Below the pieces are notes generated by a model, which was given only the letters and a program-made list of their open reading frames with translations, was not told the origin of the DNA and did no database searches. Shown here piece after piece: positions 11,533 to 24,456 of a DNA stretch of 53,924 bases. Location: NCBI GenBank assembly GCA_001687465.1, contig LVLI01000295.1:248001-301924 (forward strand), written 5' to 3'. Made by a program: the position numbers and the translations under genes. This stretch comes from Halocafeteria seosinensis. Taxonomy: Eukaryota. How positions within the stretch are numbered: the first letter of the stretch is position 1; every line of letters starts with the position of its first letter.

Positions 11533-12693
11533 TTAATCTTGCCCGCTAGCCCTCGCTTTCCTGATATCTATGCTCACTGAAGGAGATCCCTCATTGAGGT
11601 AAGACAATGCCGCACTGCAACTTCCTTCTACCTTAATGGGGGATGGAGCAAGCGAGTCAGCTCGCGTGTGACCGTAGTTTATAATAGCAAGTGGTTTGCA
11701 TTCTTGTGAGACTGCTCGTGCCAGCCTGAACGCCGACCATACAGTTAGTGATGATCCCAACACCAGCATCCCGTCAGCCTCTTCGACCAACTCGGTAGCC
11801 CTTTCCGTGACTTTTTTGGGAACGCTTCCGCCATGAAACACAACCATAGGTTTAAGCATTTCACTTCCACAGTGCAGACAGAACGGCAGGGAAAATGAGT
11901 GATAAGCGTCGTCGGGAATTTCGACGTCCCCATCAGGCCTATGCGAAGTGGCTGCCTGGTACGACAAGAGCCATTCCTTGTTATACTCTTCGATACGTGT
12001 CTGTGTTTCTGCGCGTGACTCCGTATACCCGCAGTCTAAGCACTCCACTTCGTGCACTGTGCCATGTAATTCCAGTACATCTCGATTCCCTGCTCTCTGA
12101 TGGAGACGGTCCACATTCTGAGTGATGACATGATGAATAAGGCCGTCTCCTTCCCACGCAGCGAGACTCTCATGAATGTAGTTGGGTACCGCGCTTGACA
12201 GCCGACGGTACCCGATCGATGATCGAGCCCAATACCTTCGTCTGGTCCAGCTATCCCGCATGAACTCCCAATGTTGCAAAGGGCGGTACTCGCCCCTTCC
12301 AGGCGACCGATAATCCGGTATCCCACTCTCTGTAGAAATTCCAGCCCCCGTGAGCACAAGCAAGCGATCACTCTCCATCATCATCTGCGATGAAAGGAAA
12401 AGTTATCCCCATGTAAACGTGCTCAGATGAAATTATCATTTGGTTTCGATTTCAATGGGGGGACGTACTTGGCGGATTTGCTCCAACTCAGTTCCATAGC
12501 GAGTTTTTATGAACTCTACCTGTTCGCTTTGATGACCCTTGATGGGAGACACACTATGCAATTCTCGGACACTTTGCCTGGGCCTAGTTGACTGCATGGG
12601 AACTGGATTCCTATAGAGCAGCGCACGGTTCCAGCTGTGAGAACCCTTCAGCACTTGCGTCACAAGTGCCATTTTGTTCCAGCAATTCGCCAT
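11533..12693 (-). CDS. SIRT4: NAD-dependent protein deacylase, SIRT4/class II sirtuin, probably mitochondrial
   Basis: 'GAGISTESGIPDYRSP', 'RRRYWARS', 'TQNVDRLH', 'ELHG', zinc ligands CLDC/CLHC and 'RPDGDV' are SIRT4-type motifs. Intron at 12468-12385. Exon 1 encodes a basic, presequence-like N-terminus (ATG at 12693 or 12672). Confidence 0.92.
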
Positions 12694-13232
12694 CACTACC
12701 CCTTGTGCAGATGTCTCTCGACGTACCCTCCAACACGAGACCTTCAACAGCGTCTATACATCATACGTGGCGCTGAAAACGCTACACAATGGTGTCATTG
12801 AAGTTGTGACGTCATTGTCGAGTTGTTTGGGTCACGATCGGATACTCCCACTCATCGTGAATGTGGTGACTTGGGAGGCACTGGAATTCACTTCGGGTTT
12901 CTAAGGGCATCAACCACCCATCTATCTAGTGGTACACTCTATGGTAAATGGAAGAAAACAGAGTCGTCTACCTGGTAGCGGTTTTGAGTGGCAGGTTACT
13001 TTCAAACGGGAATTTATGTCATGATAGTCTCGACGAGGAATGCGTGTTTGCTGCGGACTCATGGAGGCCCAGCGAATCAGGGGGCGATATTTTAATTGTT
13101 GGCCAAAGAGTCTTTCATTAGAGCCCCTGGATGTAGGATTTTCCATGGTTTTGTACGATTATAGTGGTGTATATTCAGGCCAACACATGCAAGGGTACAA
13201 TGTTTACTAGTTATCATGGTACCATGGTATCA

Positions 13233-16200
13233 TTATCGTTTCTTCGTTCCCCGATTTGATTTCACATAGTTAGCCATGTTTTGTTTCAGCTGCTTATTCT
13301 CCTGTTTACTATTTGACAGCTGTTCTGATATCTGTTCTTTCTCTTCAGTTAGTTTCTCGATCTGCTGCTGCTTCTCGGAGATACTGTTCGAATACTCTTT
13401 CTTCATTGACTCCACGTCCTCCATGTTACTCTTCATCTCACCCAACTCTTTCTCCAGGCGCTTGTTCTTCTCCTCCAGTTCTTGCTTCTCGTCCTGTAAC
13501 TTATTGGTACGGTTTTCGGCTGTATCCAGTCGTTCTTTGAGCTGTTCTTTCTCGCTCTTTAAACCTGACTTCTCGCTCCGAATGTTTTCCAAGGTTGACG
13601 AAGTAGAGCGAAGCTTCTCCTGTATATCCTCATAATCTCGGACGCGCTCAACCATGATGTTCTTCTGCTCTTCGCTGTCAATTTTTGCCAATCGCATAGT
13701 CTCAAGTTTATTCTTTAGCTCTTTCAGGTATTCTTCTTTCTGTCTGAGTTCTTCTGTAAGGCAAGGTAGAAAAGGATTCCAGAATGTCAGAGCCTGCATA
13801 CGTTATACCAAAATGAACTTACCTGACCGCTGTTTCTGCTGAGCCTCCCCTTGTTTCTGGAGCTCTTCATACCTTGTTCGTAACTGAATCAGTTCCTCGT
13901 TCAACGAAGACTTAGCTTGGTGCACCTCCCTTAGCTCAGCGCTCGTTGCTTCCAGGTCAGCGCGCGTATTTTCTTCCACCTCAGTCAACCTATTCCTTTC
14001 AGCTCTTAGTTCCTCCAGGTCCTTCGTGAGCGACTCGATCCGGTCTTTGGCACTGCTCAACTCATTGCTCGTCACATCCAGTTGGCCCTTCATGCTGGAT
14101 TTCTCCTCGGATAGGCTTTCCAGTGAGTCCTGCTTTTCCCTCAGCTCATCTGCGACGTCGTTCCCACAGCTGAAATTGACACGGTGGAAACGCCCTCGGA
14201 ATTCTAACGGTGTTTTAGTCTGTCGTACCTTCATGTTGCGATTTCATAGAATCAATTTCTTTCTGGAGCAAGTTCTTTGACTCGACTATCTGATTGTATT
14301 CTGACTCTTGAATCTCAACTTTCTTTTGAAGGGAGTCCCTCTCTTGCTTCATGGCGTCATACTCTTTATTTTTTGTTTCCAGCTCCTGTTGGATCTCGGA
14401 CAAGCGAGAAGACGACATACGCAGCTGGCCGTTCAAAGAGTCTCGTTCCTCTTGAATTTTCTGTAGCTGTGCGTCCTTCTCCTTAATTTGCTCCTCCAAC
14501 GATTCCTTTTCTTTCTTAAGTTTGTTGAGCTCCTTTTCGGAACTGTTTTTACTCTTCAGCTCCTTGCGGACTCTGCGAAGTTCTTTCTCAGTTTGATGAC
14601 ATTGATCGCTGAGGTTTTCGCATTCATAAATTTTGTTCTTCAGCTTGTCTTGGATTTCATCCATCTCGTTATACAGTTTTTCTCTTTCGTGTTCCAGGTT
14701 CTGGTATTTCTGCTCAAAATCCTTGCACTCTTCTTGCTTCGCTTGGAGATCTTCTTGCACACGGGATACTTCCTCGTATAGTTTGGCTGATCGTCCTTCA
14801 TGTTCTTCTTTTTCTTTCGTAGTACGCTCAGTTTCTAACGCCATTTCCTCAATTCGAGCTCTCTGCTGTTCACATTGAGCAGCAAGATCACCTTTCTCGT
14901 TTTGCAACTGGCTCAGTTCTTCACGTTTTCCATCGATCTCTTTCTCTCGTTCACGAAGTTGGGAGCGCAATTCAGCAATTTGCTGCTTTTGCTTTTCAAT
15001 CTCGTCCTGGAGCTGGTTTATCTCATCCTTCTGCTTTTCCACGGACTCCGAGAGTTCCTCCTTTTCCGAACTTAGTGTGGCCAGTTCATCGCCCTTATCC
15101 TGTAGGTGTTTGAGTTGTTGTTTAAGTCGACTGATTTCTTCTTTTTGCTTAGCGTTAGTTTGCTCTAACCCGGTATACTGCTCTCTTAATTTTGCAAGTT
15201 CACTATCTTTTTGCTCAATGTCCGATTCATGTTGTGACAACCTCGACTGAAGTCTGAAAATCTCCTTGCTCTGCTTTTCGCTTTCCAACCTCAACTCCTC
15301 TTTCTGGCTGGCGATAGCATCATACTGTTCACTTAACTTTGCAAATTCACTATCTTTTTGCTCAATGTCCGATTCATGTTGTGACAACCTCGACTGAAGT
15401 CTGGAAATCTCCTTGTTCTGCTCTTCACTTTCCGACCTCAACTCCTCTTTCTGACTGGCGATAGCATTATACTGTTCACTTAACTTCGTAAGTTCACTCT
15501 CTTTGTGTGCAATGTCCGATTCATGTTGTGACAATTTCGACTGAAGTCTGGAAATTTCCTTGTTCTGCTTTTCACTCTCCGACCTCAACTCCTCTTTCTG
15601 ACTTGCGATAGCATCATACTGTTCACTTAACTTTGCGATTTCACTATCTCTTTGTGCAATGTCCGATTCATGTTGTGACAATTTTGACTGAAGTCTGGAA
15701 ATTTCCTTGTTCTGCTTTTCACTCTCCGACCTCAACTCCTCTTTCTGGTTTACGATCGCATCATAGTCTTCATGCAAGTTGTTTAGCTCTCTTTCTTTCT
15801 GCTCTATCTCTGCTTCCTTCTGTGAAAGCTTCGATTGAAGCCGTGACATCCCCTTCCCTTCTTTCTCAGTCTCAACTCTCAATTGCTCGATCGTATCTTC
15901 GTGCTGACTACACCGCTTTGACATCTCGTCCAATTCTGTGTTCAGTTTCTGAATCCTCTCGTCTTTCCGCTTTATTTCGCGTTGCAGTTTATCCTTCTCT
16001 TGTTCCAGCGTCTCACACTTTTCTTCCATTTCCTCGAAGGATGTAGTCTTCGTTTCTATGTTCTGAAATAGTTCTCGTTTTTCCTGTTTTAGTTTTGACC
16101 ACAAATTTTGATACTCCTCTTTCTCTGCGCAGATCCGTTCGTGCTCTAGCTGCAGCCGCTCAAGCTTCTCCGTCTGCTCGCTGGAATTCGCTGTCAATTG

Positions 16201-19200
16201 CTTTAGGCGCTCCTCTTTTTCAGCTAGCGTTGACGACAGCTGCCTTTTATCGGCTACTTCGTTTTCGAGAGTCTCGATATTTCTTTGTTTTTCAGCGCAC
16301 TCAGTAGCGAGCCGCTCTCTTTCCTCTGCGAGCTGTTCCTTGACCGAAGATAACTCTTCCTTCTCCTTCTCTAAAATTTCGAGCTTCGTTCCTCGGTCCT
16401 GTGATTGCTCCTCAAGCTGGTTAAGTTCTTGCTTTTTGCGAGTAAGTTCTTGAGTAATATCATCGTTTACTCTTTCCAGGCTGTCTCTCTCCCGTTGTAG
16501 TCTATCCCGATCCTTCAGCACCTGTTCTGCCTCCTCTTCCAGTTGGTACTTACGAGTGTAGAGTTCATTGTTCTTATCCTCGAGCTTTTGAGTCACATCA
16601 TCATACGCGGACTGTAATTTATTTCGCTCCTGCCTCAACTGCTCCAGTTCTTCAGCAGCTGCTTTCCTCTCTTTCTCCAGCTCCTCCGCTTTACCGGCAT
16701 AAGAGCGAACGTGTTCGAGCTCTTCTTTTTTGTCATTAAGCTCACTTTGCAGTTGCTGATTCTCCGATTGGAGTCTATCCTTCTCAGCCCGATACTCCGA
16801 CTGGAGCGCATCCTTCTCTGCCTGAGACTCCGACAGGAGTCTATCCATCTCGGTCTGATGCTCTTGCAGCTCCATTATTGTTTGCTTGTCTTGTTCGGCC
16901 TGGGAATTCAATTCATCTATTCGATTTTGTGCTGCCTGAAGCTCATCATCCTTCTTCTGTAGCTGCTTCTCGAGTTTGTCAATCTGTTCTTGTTGAGTGT
17001 CGCAAGTGCTAGAAATGTAGTACTTTTCCGATGATAGCTTCTTGCGTTCTTCATGGAGGCTTTTTTGGAGCTCATCGACTTCAGCTCGCAATTCACGCCG
17101 CGTTGCTTCTTTATCCGACTGAACCTTGTCTAATTCCTCGTCTTTCGTTCTGAGTTCATTTTCTAGCTTCTTTACATTCTCTTCTACGCGCTGGCAGCGC
17201 CTCTGCAGATAGTCACTGCTTTGTAGCGATTATGAGTCGAGACAGTTTACAGCACTAACACAAGAGAAAATGTGAACCTACCGGTCATTTGCAGTATCTT
17301 CAACCTTTCTCTCGTTCTCGCGAAGTTTCTCCTCCATTGTCGCCAGCTCCCGGCTCATGGTATCTCGCTGCTGCTCCATCGAATTCACACTAGCTCTTGT
17401 TCTCTCCAACTCTGCCTCCGTTTCCGACAGCTTCGTTTTCACTTGAGAAAGTTCAGAATGTGCCTGCTCCTTTTCTTCCATAACACTGCTGCTTTCAGAC
17501 CGACGAGAATACAGTTGGTCTTTTAGCCTCTCCTGGTCATCAGAAATTTCCTTGTTTCGCTGCTGTAATTGTTCTACTTTCTTCGACAGCCGATCTTTCT
17601 CCTGCTGGAGGTCTTTAATCTTTTCATCTTTATCAGTAACCTGATCGCGCAACTGTTCAAGGTTCTCCTTTTCTTGCTTCGCACTCTGATGCTTCTTTGA
17701 AATGCTGTCCAGCTTTTTCTTATCCTCTTCTCGCTCAAACTCAAGGTCGCTCACCTGGTTCTCCAAGTCCGCGCACCGCTTTTTCAGTTCCTTCTTTTCC
17801 TTGGAGACTTGCTCCAGTTCTGATTCCGCCTCTTCTCCCTGTTCCTTCAGGTATTCAATCTTCTTATCCTTCCTCGTTGCCTCGTTGGATAGCGTCTCTT
17901 TTTCTCCAGTCAGTTCACGGATTTCGCTTTCTTTTTGTCTAAGTGTTTCCCGCAATCTTTCTAGCACATTTTCAACCTCCCTCTTGTCTTCGCCAGAGGC
18001 CTGCAGTTTCCTCTCCAGTGTTTCATTAGAACGTTTCAAATCATCAATCTCTCGGGACTGGTCGAATACCTTAGCCGATAGACGCTGCTTTTCATTGCTG
18101 CGGTGCAAAACAGGTTTAGGTGTGAATAAAACAACTAACACGCACAGAACATTTCATATACGTACACGGTATCATTTTGGGAAGTGTCGTATCCCCTCAA
18201 CTGCTTCAGTTCATCCTCTTGGCTGCGGCACTTGTCACTGAGCACATCCTTCTCGTACCTCACGTGGTACATCTCCGCCTTCACTCCTTCCAAGATTTTA
18301 GCGACGTGACTTAATTTGTCGTTGCGTTTCGCGCCCGTCGGAGCTTCTTCTTTGTAAGAGTTACTGAGCGTCTGAACAGACATCATCAAATGGTTGACCT
18401 GCTCGTCCAGTTGTTCCTCAAACTTCTCCTTTTCATCCTCGGCGAGGCGAATCTTAGACTCAGCTTCGCTCTTTTCAGACTCCAAGTACCGTATCTTCTC
18501 CTCATAGTCATGTACTCTTGTCTCAAGTTCGGAAACTTTTTCAGACTGGCGCTTGTATTGTTCTTCCAAATCCTTCTTTGCAGCAACAAACTGCTGAACT
18601 TGCCCGTGCAAGCTCTGCGCCTTCATCGTACCAACTGGACTGTACGCTTGATCGGATTCTGACAGCCCTTCTAGCTCCTGTTCCAGCCGATAACTCTGGC
18701 GCCACAGTCCTTCATTTTCCGACCGTATCTGTTCTAGCGCAGCGTCCTTAGAGCGCACTTCATTGTGCAACGGTTCTAGTGATGCCTCGGCGGTCTGACA
18801 GCGCTGTCTCCAGTCCTCTAGCTCCGATTGAAGCCTTGACACATGGCTATCTTGTTGACGAAGATAATCATAAACTTGATTCAGTTCATGCTCTATCTGC
18901 TTGTACTGTCTGTATGCTTCATCGCGTTCTTCTTGGAGTTTCTGCACGCCACTTTCCTTCGATTTTACCTCAGTTGTTAACCGCTGGATAGAAGTTTCGA
19001 GTTCTTGGTACTTCTTTGATAGTGACTGGTTGGTGTTCACTGTACGCACTAGGTTGGTGCTCTTTCCCCGAAGCTGCTCCTGTAAGTTCTCGATTTCTTC
19101 TTGCTGCTGCCTAAGGGTGTCATCGCGCTCCGACACAGCTGACCTCCATTTTCTAACAGTTTCCTCGACATCTCCATACATGTTTTCTAGTTCCTCCTGC

Positions 19201-21641
19201 AGTTTGCGTTGCTTGTACTCTGCCGCTTCCTTATCCGAAGTAGCATCACTCAGAGCTTTACGCTTCTTCTTTAATTGCTTTGAAAGATCGTTCACCTCTG
19301 TCTTCAAATTGTGGATTTCTTCGTCCTTCTCTTTGATAAGGGAAGTGTACTTGTCGTCCTTTTCTTGTAGATACGTCTTGTACAAGTCGATCTTATCCTC
19401 CAAACTCTTCGAACGCTCATTCGCATGGTCCCTATCTGACATGGTTCTCTTCAAGGATCCATTACGCTCTTCCAAATCACTTCGTAGTTTCCGCAAGGTA
19501 TCATCAAGTTCGATACATCTATTGCTCAACTTGTCTCGTCTGGCTGTCACTTCTTCAAGCTCTTTCTTTTGCTGTTCAATTTCTCTGCGCTTCGAATCGT
19601 AGTCCTTCTTTAGTGTCTCATTCTCTGCTTTAATCTTGTCGAGCTCGTTCTCCAACGACTTGTTCGATTTGCGAAGCTCTGCCACCTGCGATTGGAGCTC
19701 CTCATTCTTGTCTTCCAGTCGATTGCACTGCCGTGAGAGTTCTTTCTCTGTTTGTACCCTGGAGAACGCTCCCCATTGTTGGTCATGGTTATCCGATTGT
19801 TCAGGATTGGGTGAATTCCGACCACCACCCAATTCTCGGAGGTCCTGTTCCCGCCTTCGCAGAGTGTCGCTATATGAATCAACCTCACCCTGCAGATGTT
19901 GGCACCTTGCAGAAAGTTCCTGCTTTTCCTTCTGCAGATCTTTTACTTGCTCTGCTTTAAACTCGAGCTCCTTCTTCTGCGCTTCGGCATCGCGTAAAGC
20001 TGAGGTCCTTTCAGTGAGTGCCTCTTGCATCTTCTTCTCCTTATCTTGAAGTTCTTTTCGCAGGAATTCATTTTCACGTTGCAGATATTGAGGGATCCCG
20101 ATTTGTTGGTTGGAAAGGTCTCCCCTAGAAGGACTCCAAGAGCCTTGATCAAGATTCCAGTCTCCACTTGCTGATTGAAGAGACCTTGGTAGCTGATTCG
20201 TTTCGCGGCTTTGATTTGCTAGCTCATGGCGGAGCTTCTCAACTTCAGCTTTCTGCTCGTCGCATTGGGCCGTTAGCCTTTGTTTCTCCTGCTCCAAGTC
20301 ACTAATTCTTGCGTCCTGTTCCTGAGTCTTCTCGTCCTTTTCTTTGACAGTGTCTGCTAACTTGTCGTATTCGGAGGACAGTTCTTGTTTTGACGCAGAT
20401 ATTTCTTCTACCCGACTTTCGTAGGATGACGTTTGAGTTTCCAATTGCAACTCCAAATTTTTTATCACATCTTCTTTGCTGCTGAGGGTCTGCTCCACAT
20501 CATTTTTTTCTGACCGTATCTCCTCTAGCTGCTGCTCTTTCTCTGTCAACTGTTCATGTAACTCAGACTTGTCCTGCTCAAGCTCATCAATCGTGCGGTT
20601 GAGGGTCGCAGTTGTCTTTTGCGAAGTCAGCAAATCGTGTTCTAACTGCTCATTTTCTTGCTGCAGCTCTTCTTTTTCTTCTTTCCAATGGTCCCTTGAT
20701 TTTCTAAACCGCATTCTTAACGCAGCGGCTTCCGAAGTTGAATCAATGGTGGTAGCAGAGCATGAGGGACTGATCAATTCTTGGTTTACCCCCGTTTGGT
20801 CACCGATCTTGACGCGAAACTTGTACTTTGTTTGATACTCCAAGCTATGATACGTAAAGGCTGCAGCAGGTGAAACCATGTTGTGCAGTTTAAGCACTTT
20901 GGCCAGGACGCAATTCTTACCTTCTCTTTCGATAGAAGACCCCTCTTGTACATCCTTCCATTTCCCTTTGACAATACCACCCTTTGAAATCTGGAAAGTA
21001 TATAGAGCGTTGGGAATGGCTGCTGTTCTGATGGTCACCGAGGTTCCCAGCCTATCCAATACCCGTGGTGGGTGCACTTGCTTTGGCCAACCTTCGTATT
21101 TCTCGGGATTGTCAGCGTCCTGCAGTCTCTTAGAAGCAAGCAACACAACGTAAACACAGAATGAATTGCCACACTCCCTATTTTCCCGCATACATACCGC
21201 CATGGGTATAACGTGCCGCCTGCTTGGAGATGGCTGAAACTTCATGCTGGAACCACTTGACGCTGGGTTCCGGGTCGAACCAGTTCCCCCGTAATAAAAA
21301 CTTGGTGTCGCGAGAGAAACACGCCCACCACCATCTACGTCCTCATCTTCGCTCTGTCTACTGCCTTCGTCTGCGTCTTCATCCAACATCCAGTCGTTCT
21401 GCTTGCCTTCTCTTGCGCCTTGGGTGGGAGTGCGCGAAAAATACCGTTTCGACGAAGAGCGGTCGCTTGGGCTTTCACTCTCTTTCTTCTTATCGGGCGA
21501 TTCACTTCCTTGGAGATCCTCTACATTTTCAGATACAACACTGTCATTATTTGCATCAGACTGTGCATCCTCCCATGCTACTGCCTTCTGCCCTCGAGAG
21601 CGAGAGGTGCCCCCTCCTCTGTCGCTTGGGGAGCCCGACAT
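13233..21641 (-). CDS. Giant (~2,600-2,700 aa) coiled-coil protein with an N-terminal fibronectin type III-like domain
   Basis: ORFs 18135-21671, 17278-18141, 14215-17091, 13803-14234 and 13233-13799 join in frame through GT-AG introns at about 21197-21120, 20920-20861, 18165-18098, 17281-17216, 14228-14150 and 13822-13754. The FN3-like segment is 'PPRVLDRLGTSVTI...YTFQIS...W...YHSLEYQTKYKFRVK'. The rest is E/K/Q/L-rich heptad sequence. Confidence 0.85.
15175..15890 (-). repeat. Coding tandem repeat, 147-bp unit (49 aa = 7 heptads), 4 near-identical copies plus 1 degenerate copy
   Basis: The anchor 'tccgattcatgttgtgacaa' occurs at 15221, 15368, 15515 and 15662, a spacing of exactly 147. The protein unit is EELRSESEKQNKEISRLQSKLSQHESDIAQRDSEIAKLSEQYDAIASQK. 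Confidence 0.95.
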
Positions 21642-22957
21642 CCTCGGCGACGTCTTTTCTAGCGAGAGCAAAGGTTTTTTCCAGGCCGTCCCTTAGCACT
21701 CGATACTCTGCAACGTTACCAGTACTCTGGAAGGGTGATGTTTATCCACAGCCTGTACAACCACTTGTTCGCAGAACGCGCCAAAAACAGTTTCCGCGGC
21801 GCAGTTTATTCCCCTTGTACGAACCGATGGAAATGGGGTATACATTGACCTCTCGAATATGCTATCACTGAATATCATTTGTCCACAGTCTCCTTTCAAA
21901 CAAGACGAAAGATGCTCTCATGTGTTTCTTCACTGCAGCGTGCTTTCCACGTGTTGCCGCAACGGACAAGCAGTCGCACTCCCGCTCGTCGCAAGTGGCA
22001 ACGGGTTCCCAAGCCGCCAGTAGTGGTATACTTGACGGGTTTTTTCCGTTATCCGGAAATGACCGTATCAAAAGTTAAAGAGAGAATTGCCGTCTTCGGA
22101 TTTCTGAGGCATTGCTGGAGGAAAGTACTGCGTGGTGACGAATATGAGTAGACTCTGCCTCGACGAACGTCGCGCACAATAATCCGCGGTGTAACCATAC
22201 CGTGCGTCAATTATGCCAATAAATCACGCTTGCGCTTGCTATTTGTGTGCGTAAGGCCTGATCCCTGTTACCCTCATCAGCGGGTGGATTTAGAGCCAAA
22301 TGTCATCGCTGCCTCTTCTCGCAAAATGATGATTGCCTTGTATGAATGAATTACAAGGAGCATTGTACCATAATTACCACCACGATGTTCCTCACAGAGC
22401 CAATTAACAACCACCGGAGCTTGGTTATCCTATCATACGGAAGCGTTTCGGTTGTTTCCATGCAGCTTGCTTCATCTTGTGGTCAGAATGCCGGTTCTCG
22501 AATGAAGCGAAGCGGCAGTCTGGGATGGCTAACGAAAACAGTGAGGGTGTATCCTCACTTCGTCTTTCAAAGACGATCTACTATGTAGTGCAAAGGAAAC
22601 TTTTCGTATTCGTCGTACCAGTAAGAAGTCATGCTGTTGGTAGCATCTCACCACCAACAAACCACAGATGAGAGCTCCGATTGGCTACATCCACGGATAG
22701 TTGCAGCAGTTCCAAGGTCATCCACACCCTTCTTTTCCATTCCAGCTTGTGAACCATCATCATTTCGGCAAGACTCTGCATCGGCCATGACATCTCTCGT
22801 AGGGCCCCGAACCTCCGGTTGTGAACTTCAGCGCTGGCTGAGCCTCCAGCCTCCAACGCACAGTGTATCCACATTTGTTACCATTGTAAACGGGATGAGT
22901 TAATCTGCACGCTGTGAAATAAAAGGAAGAAAAGTACAGGTACCTCTTTCCTTGCAA

Positions 22958-23510
22958 ATGGAACAGAACCAAAACACCAATGCTGCAGCCGCTGGTGGGC
23001 ATGCTGACCATGCGAATCAGCATACAGGAGGAGATGTTAGGTCAGATACACCCTCGTCGGCATCCTCATCTGGTTCAGTAGAACTTGGACTCCCTGGGGC
23101 TAGTGGTATCGTGACAATATCGGCGGCAACGGGAGAAGTAAAGCAGGTAAGCATTCTAGTCCCTCAGCTTGACCTTCTCGGATCGATTATTATTGAAATG
23201 GAAGCGCAGAGCACGGGCGATTTGCATGGTCCTATTGGGGAATCTGTTGCAAGACATGTGCTAGAACTCCTGCGTGATGCATCCATAGTGTTGCAGCATA
23301 CCTCCAAGGAACCGTATCAGCGGGTGACAAGTAAGCCGAATGCAGCTCTGGGGCGTATGTGGTCAAGCTCACTTAACCCCACGAATTGCAGTATGTCTTG
23401 ATGGATCTTACTACGTCATTATTCAAGCTGAAGGCAAGATCATTGTCGTAAGAAAACCGTTCCACGACACCCCCTCCGGAGAAGGCCACACAAGCTCTAA
23501 AAAGGATTGA
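22958..23510 (+). CDS. LAMTOR4: Ragulator complex subunit LAMTOR4-like (roadblock fold)
   Basis: Introns at 23147-23209 and 23331-23391. The spliced protein '...LPGASGIVTISAATGEVKQSTGDLHGPIGESVARHVLELLRDASIVLQHTSKEPYQRVTICLDGSYYVIIQAEGKIIVVRKP' follows the LAMTOR4 pattern (SSGDL...PFKRLSV...VFVVKR). Confidence 0.72.
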
Positions 23511-23570
23511 CAAGCATGGCTTGTTCATGTGTATTAAAGAGGGCATATTTTTTCTAGCGATTGGGTTAGG

Positions 23571-24456
23571 TTACTTGCCTAATAACCGTTTGGAACGTGC
23601 GATTAGGGTAACAAGAAGGATACTGAGTCCCCCGATTTGCATGAACGCCTGGGGACTGTCGATCGCCTGTATTCAGGAGCTCACGATATATCTGCAGAAC
23701 TGTGCCAACAACTTGCTCTCTCCTATTGACTTACCCATATCTCGTTTATCCAGGAGCGCTTCAAAACAGGAGGATTTTCACAGATTAGTACTAGCATGAA
23801 TCGTTGGACAAGGAACGTAAATTCCTCCTTACTCAGCTCAAACTGCGAATTGACACACATGCACACTCTCTGTATGAATATGACCGTAGCTTCATGCGTT
23901 GTTGGAGCAAACGTACGGTATCGTCCCCTTTAATCTCTACCATCCACCTTTTTAACTCTTCCAGAGTGGCAACTCGTTGGGTTATCGGTCGGTCAAGGGC
24001 AGTACATAGCATCGGGAACACGTGTGACAGACACGCTTCGTCGAACGCTTTCTCCAATTTCTTCCTGCTTCGCAACCTCTTGGCAGGGTCCTCCTCTGTC
24101 TTCGAAGTACTATCACATGCGTGTTGGTCGTAGACACCACCTATTGTGTCCAAGAACTTGGCATTCCATACGAGGCTTCTGATTCGTTCCTTCAGGTTGT
24201 CATCTCCTGGGAAGTAACTCCTAATGTATTGGTCCGTGATTTGCTCCCGGCGAGACTTGCTTGTATCGTAGTATCCTGCCCCTGCAAGCTCTTGTTTGGC
24301 TCGATCCTCCCCCTTGTGCGTCTCCTGTTGAGCCGCATGATGGCTTCCTTCTCGATGTCCAGCTGCAAAGCAGGTACCAAGAGACGATGAGACTGCTACA
24401 AGCGCCGGCATGGTGCCTCGGCGTATGGCGCTGCGAATTCCTATTGGCAGACGCAT
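23571..24456 (-). CDS. Hypothetical protein, probable mitochondrial presequence and C-terminal transmembrane segment
   Basis: Exons 24456-23917, 23842-23735 and 23666-23571 join in phase 0 through GT-AG introns. The N-terminus 'MRLPIGIRSAIRRG' is Arg-rich and acid-free. The C-terminus is 'AFMQIGGLSILLVTLIARSKRLLGK*'. A weak EF-hand-like 'FELSKEEFTFLV' is present. Confidence 0.65.

Noticed and set aside
13276..21153. Many plus-strand Ser/Phe/Leu/Cys-rich ORFs
   Set aside because: They are antisense shadows of the E/K/Q-rich coiled-coil gene.
22255..22290. Second minus-strand CTGATGA (hammerhead core or snoRNA C box)
   Set aside because: No GAAA core or convincing D box with terminal stem nearby.
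21700..22900. Short ORFs between the coiled-coil gene and LAMTOR4
   Set aside because: No coherent exon chain or domain; probably promoter or UTR sequence.
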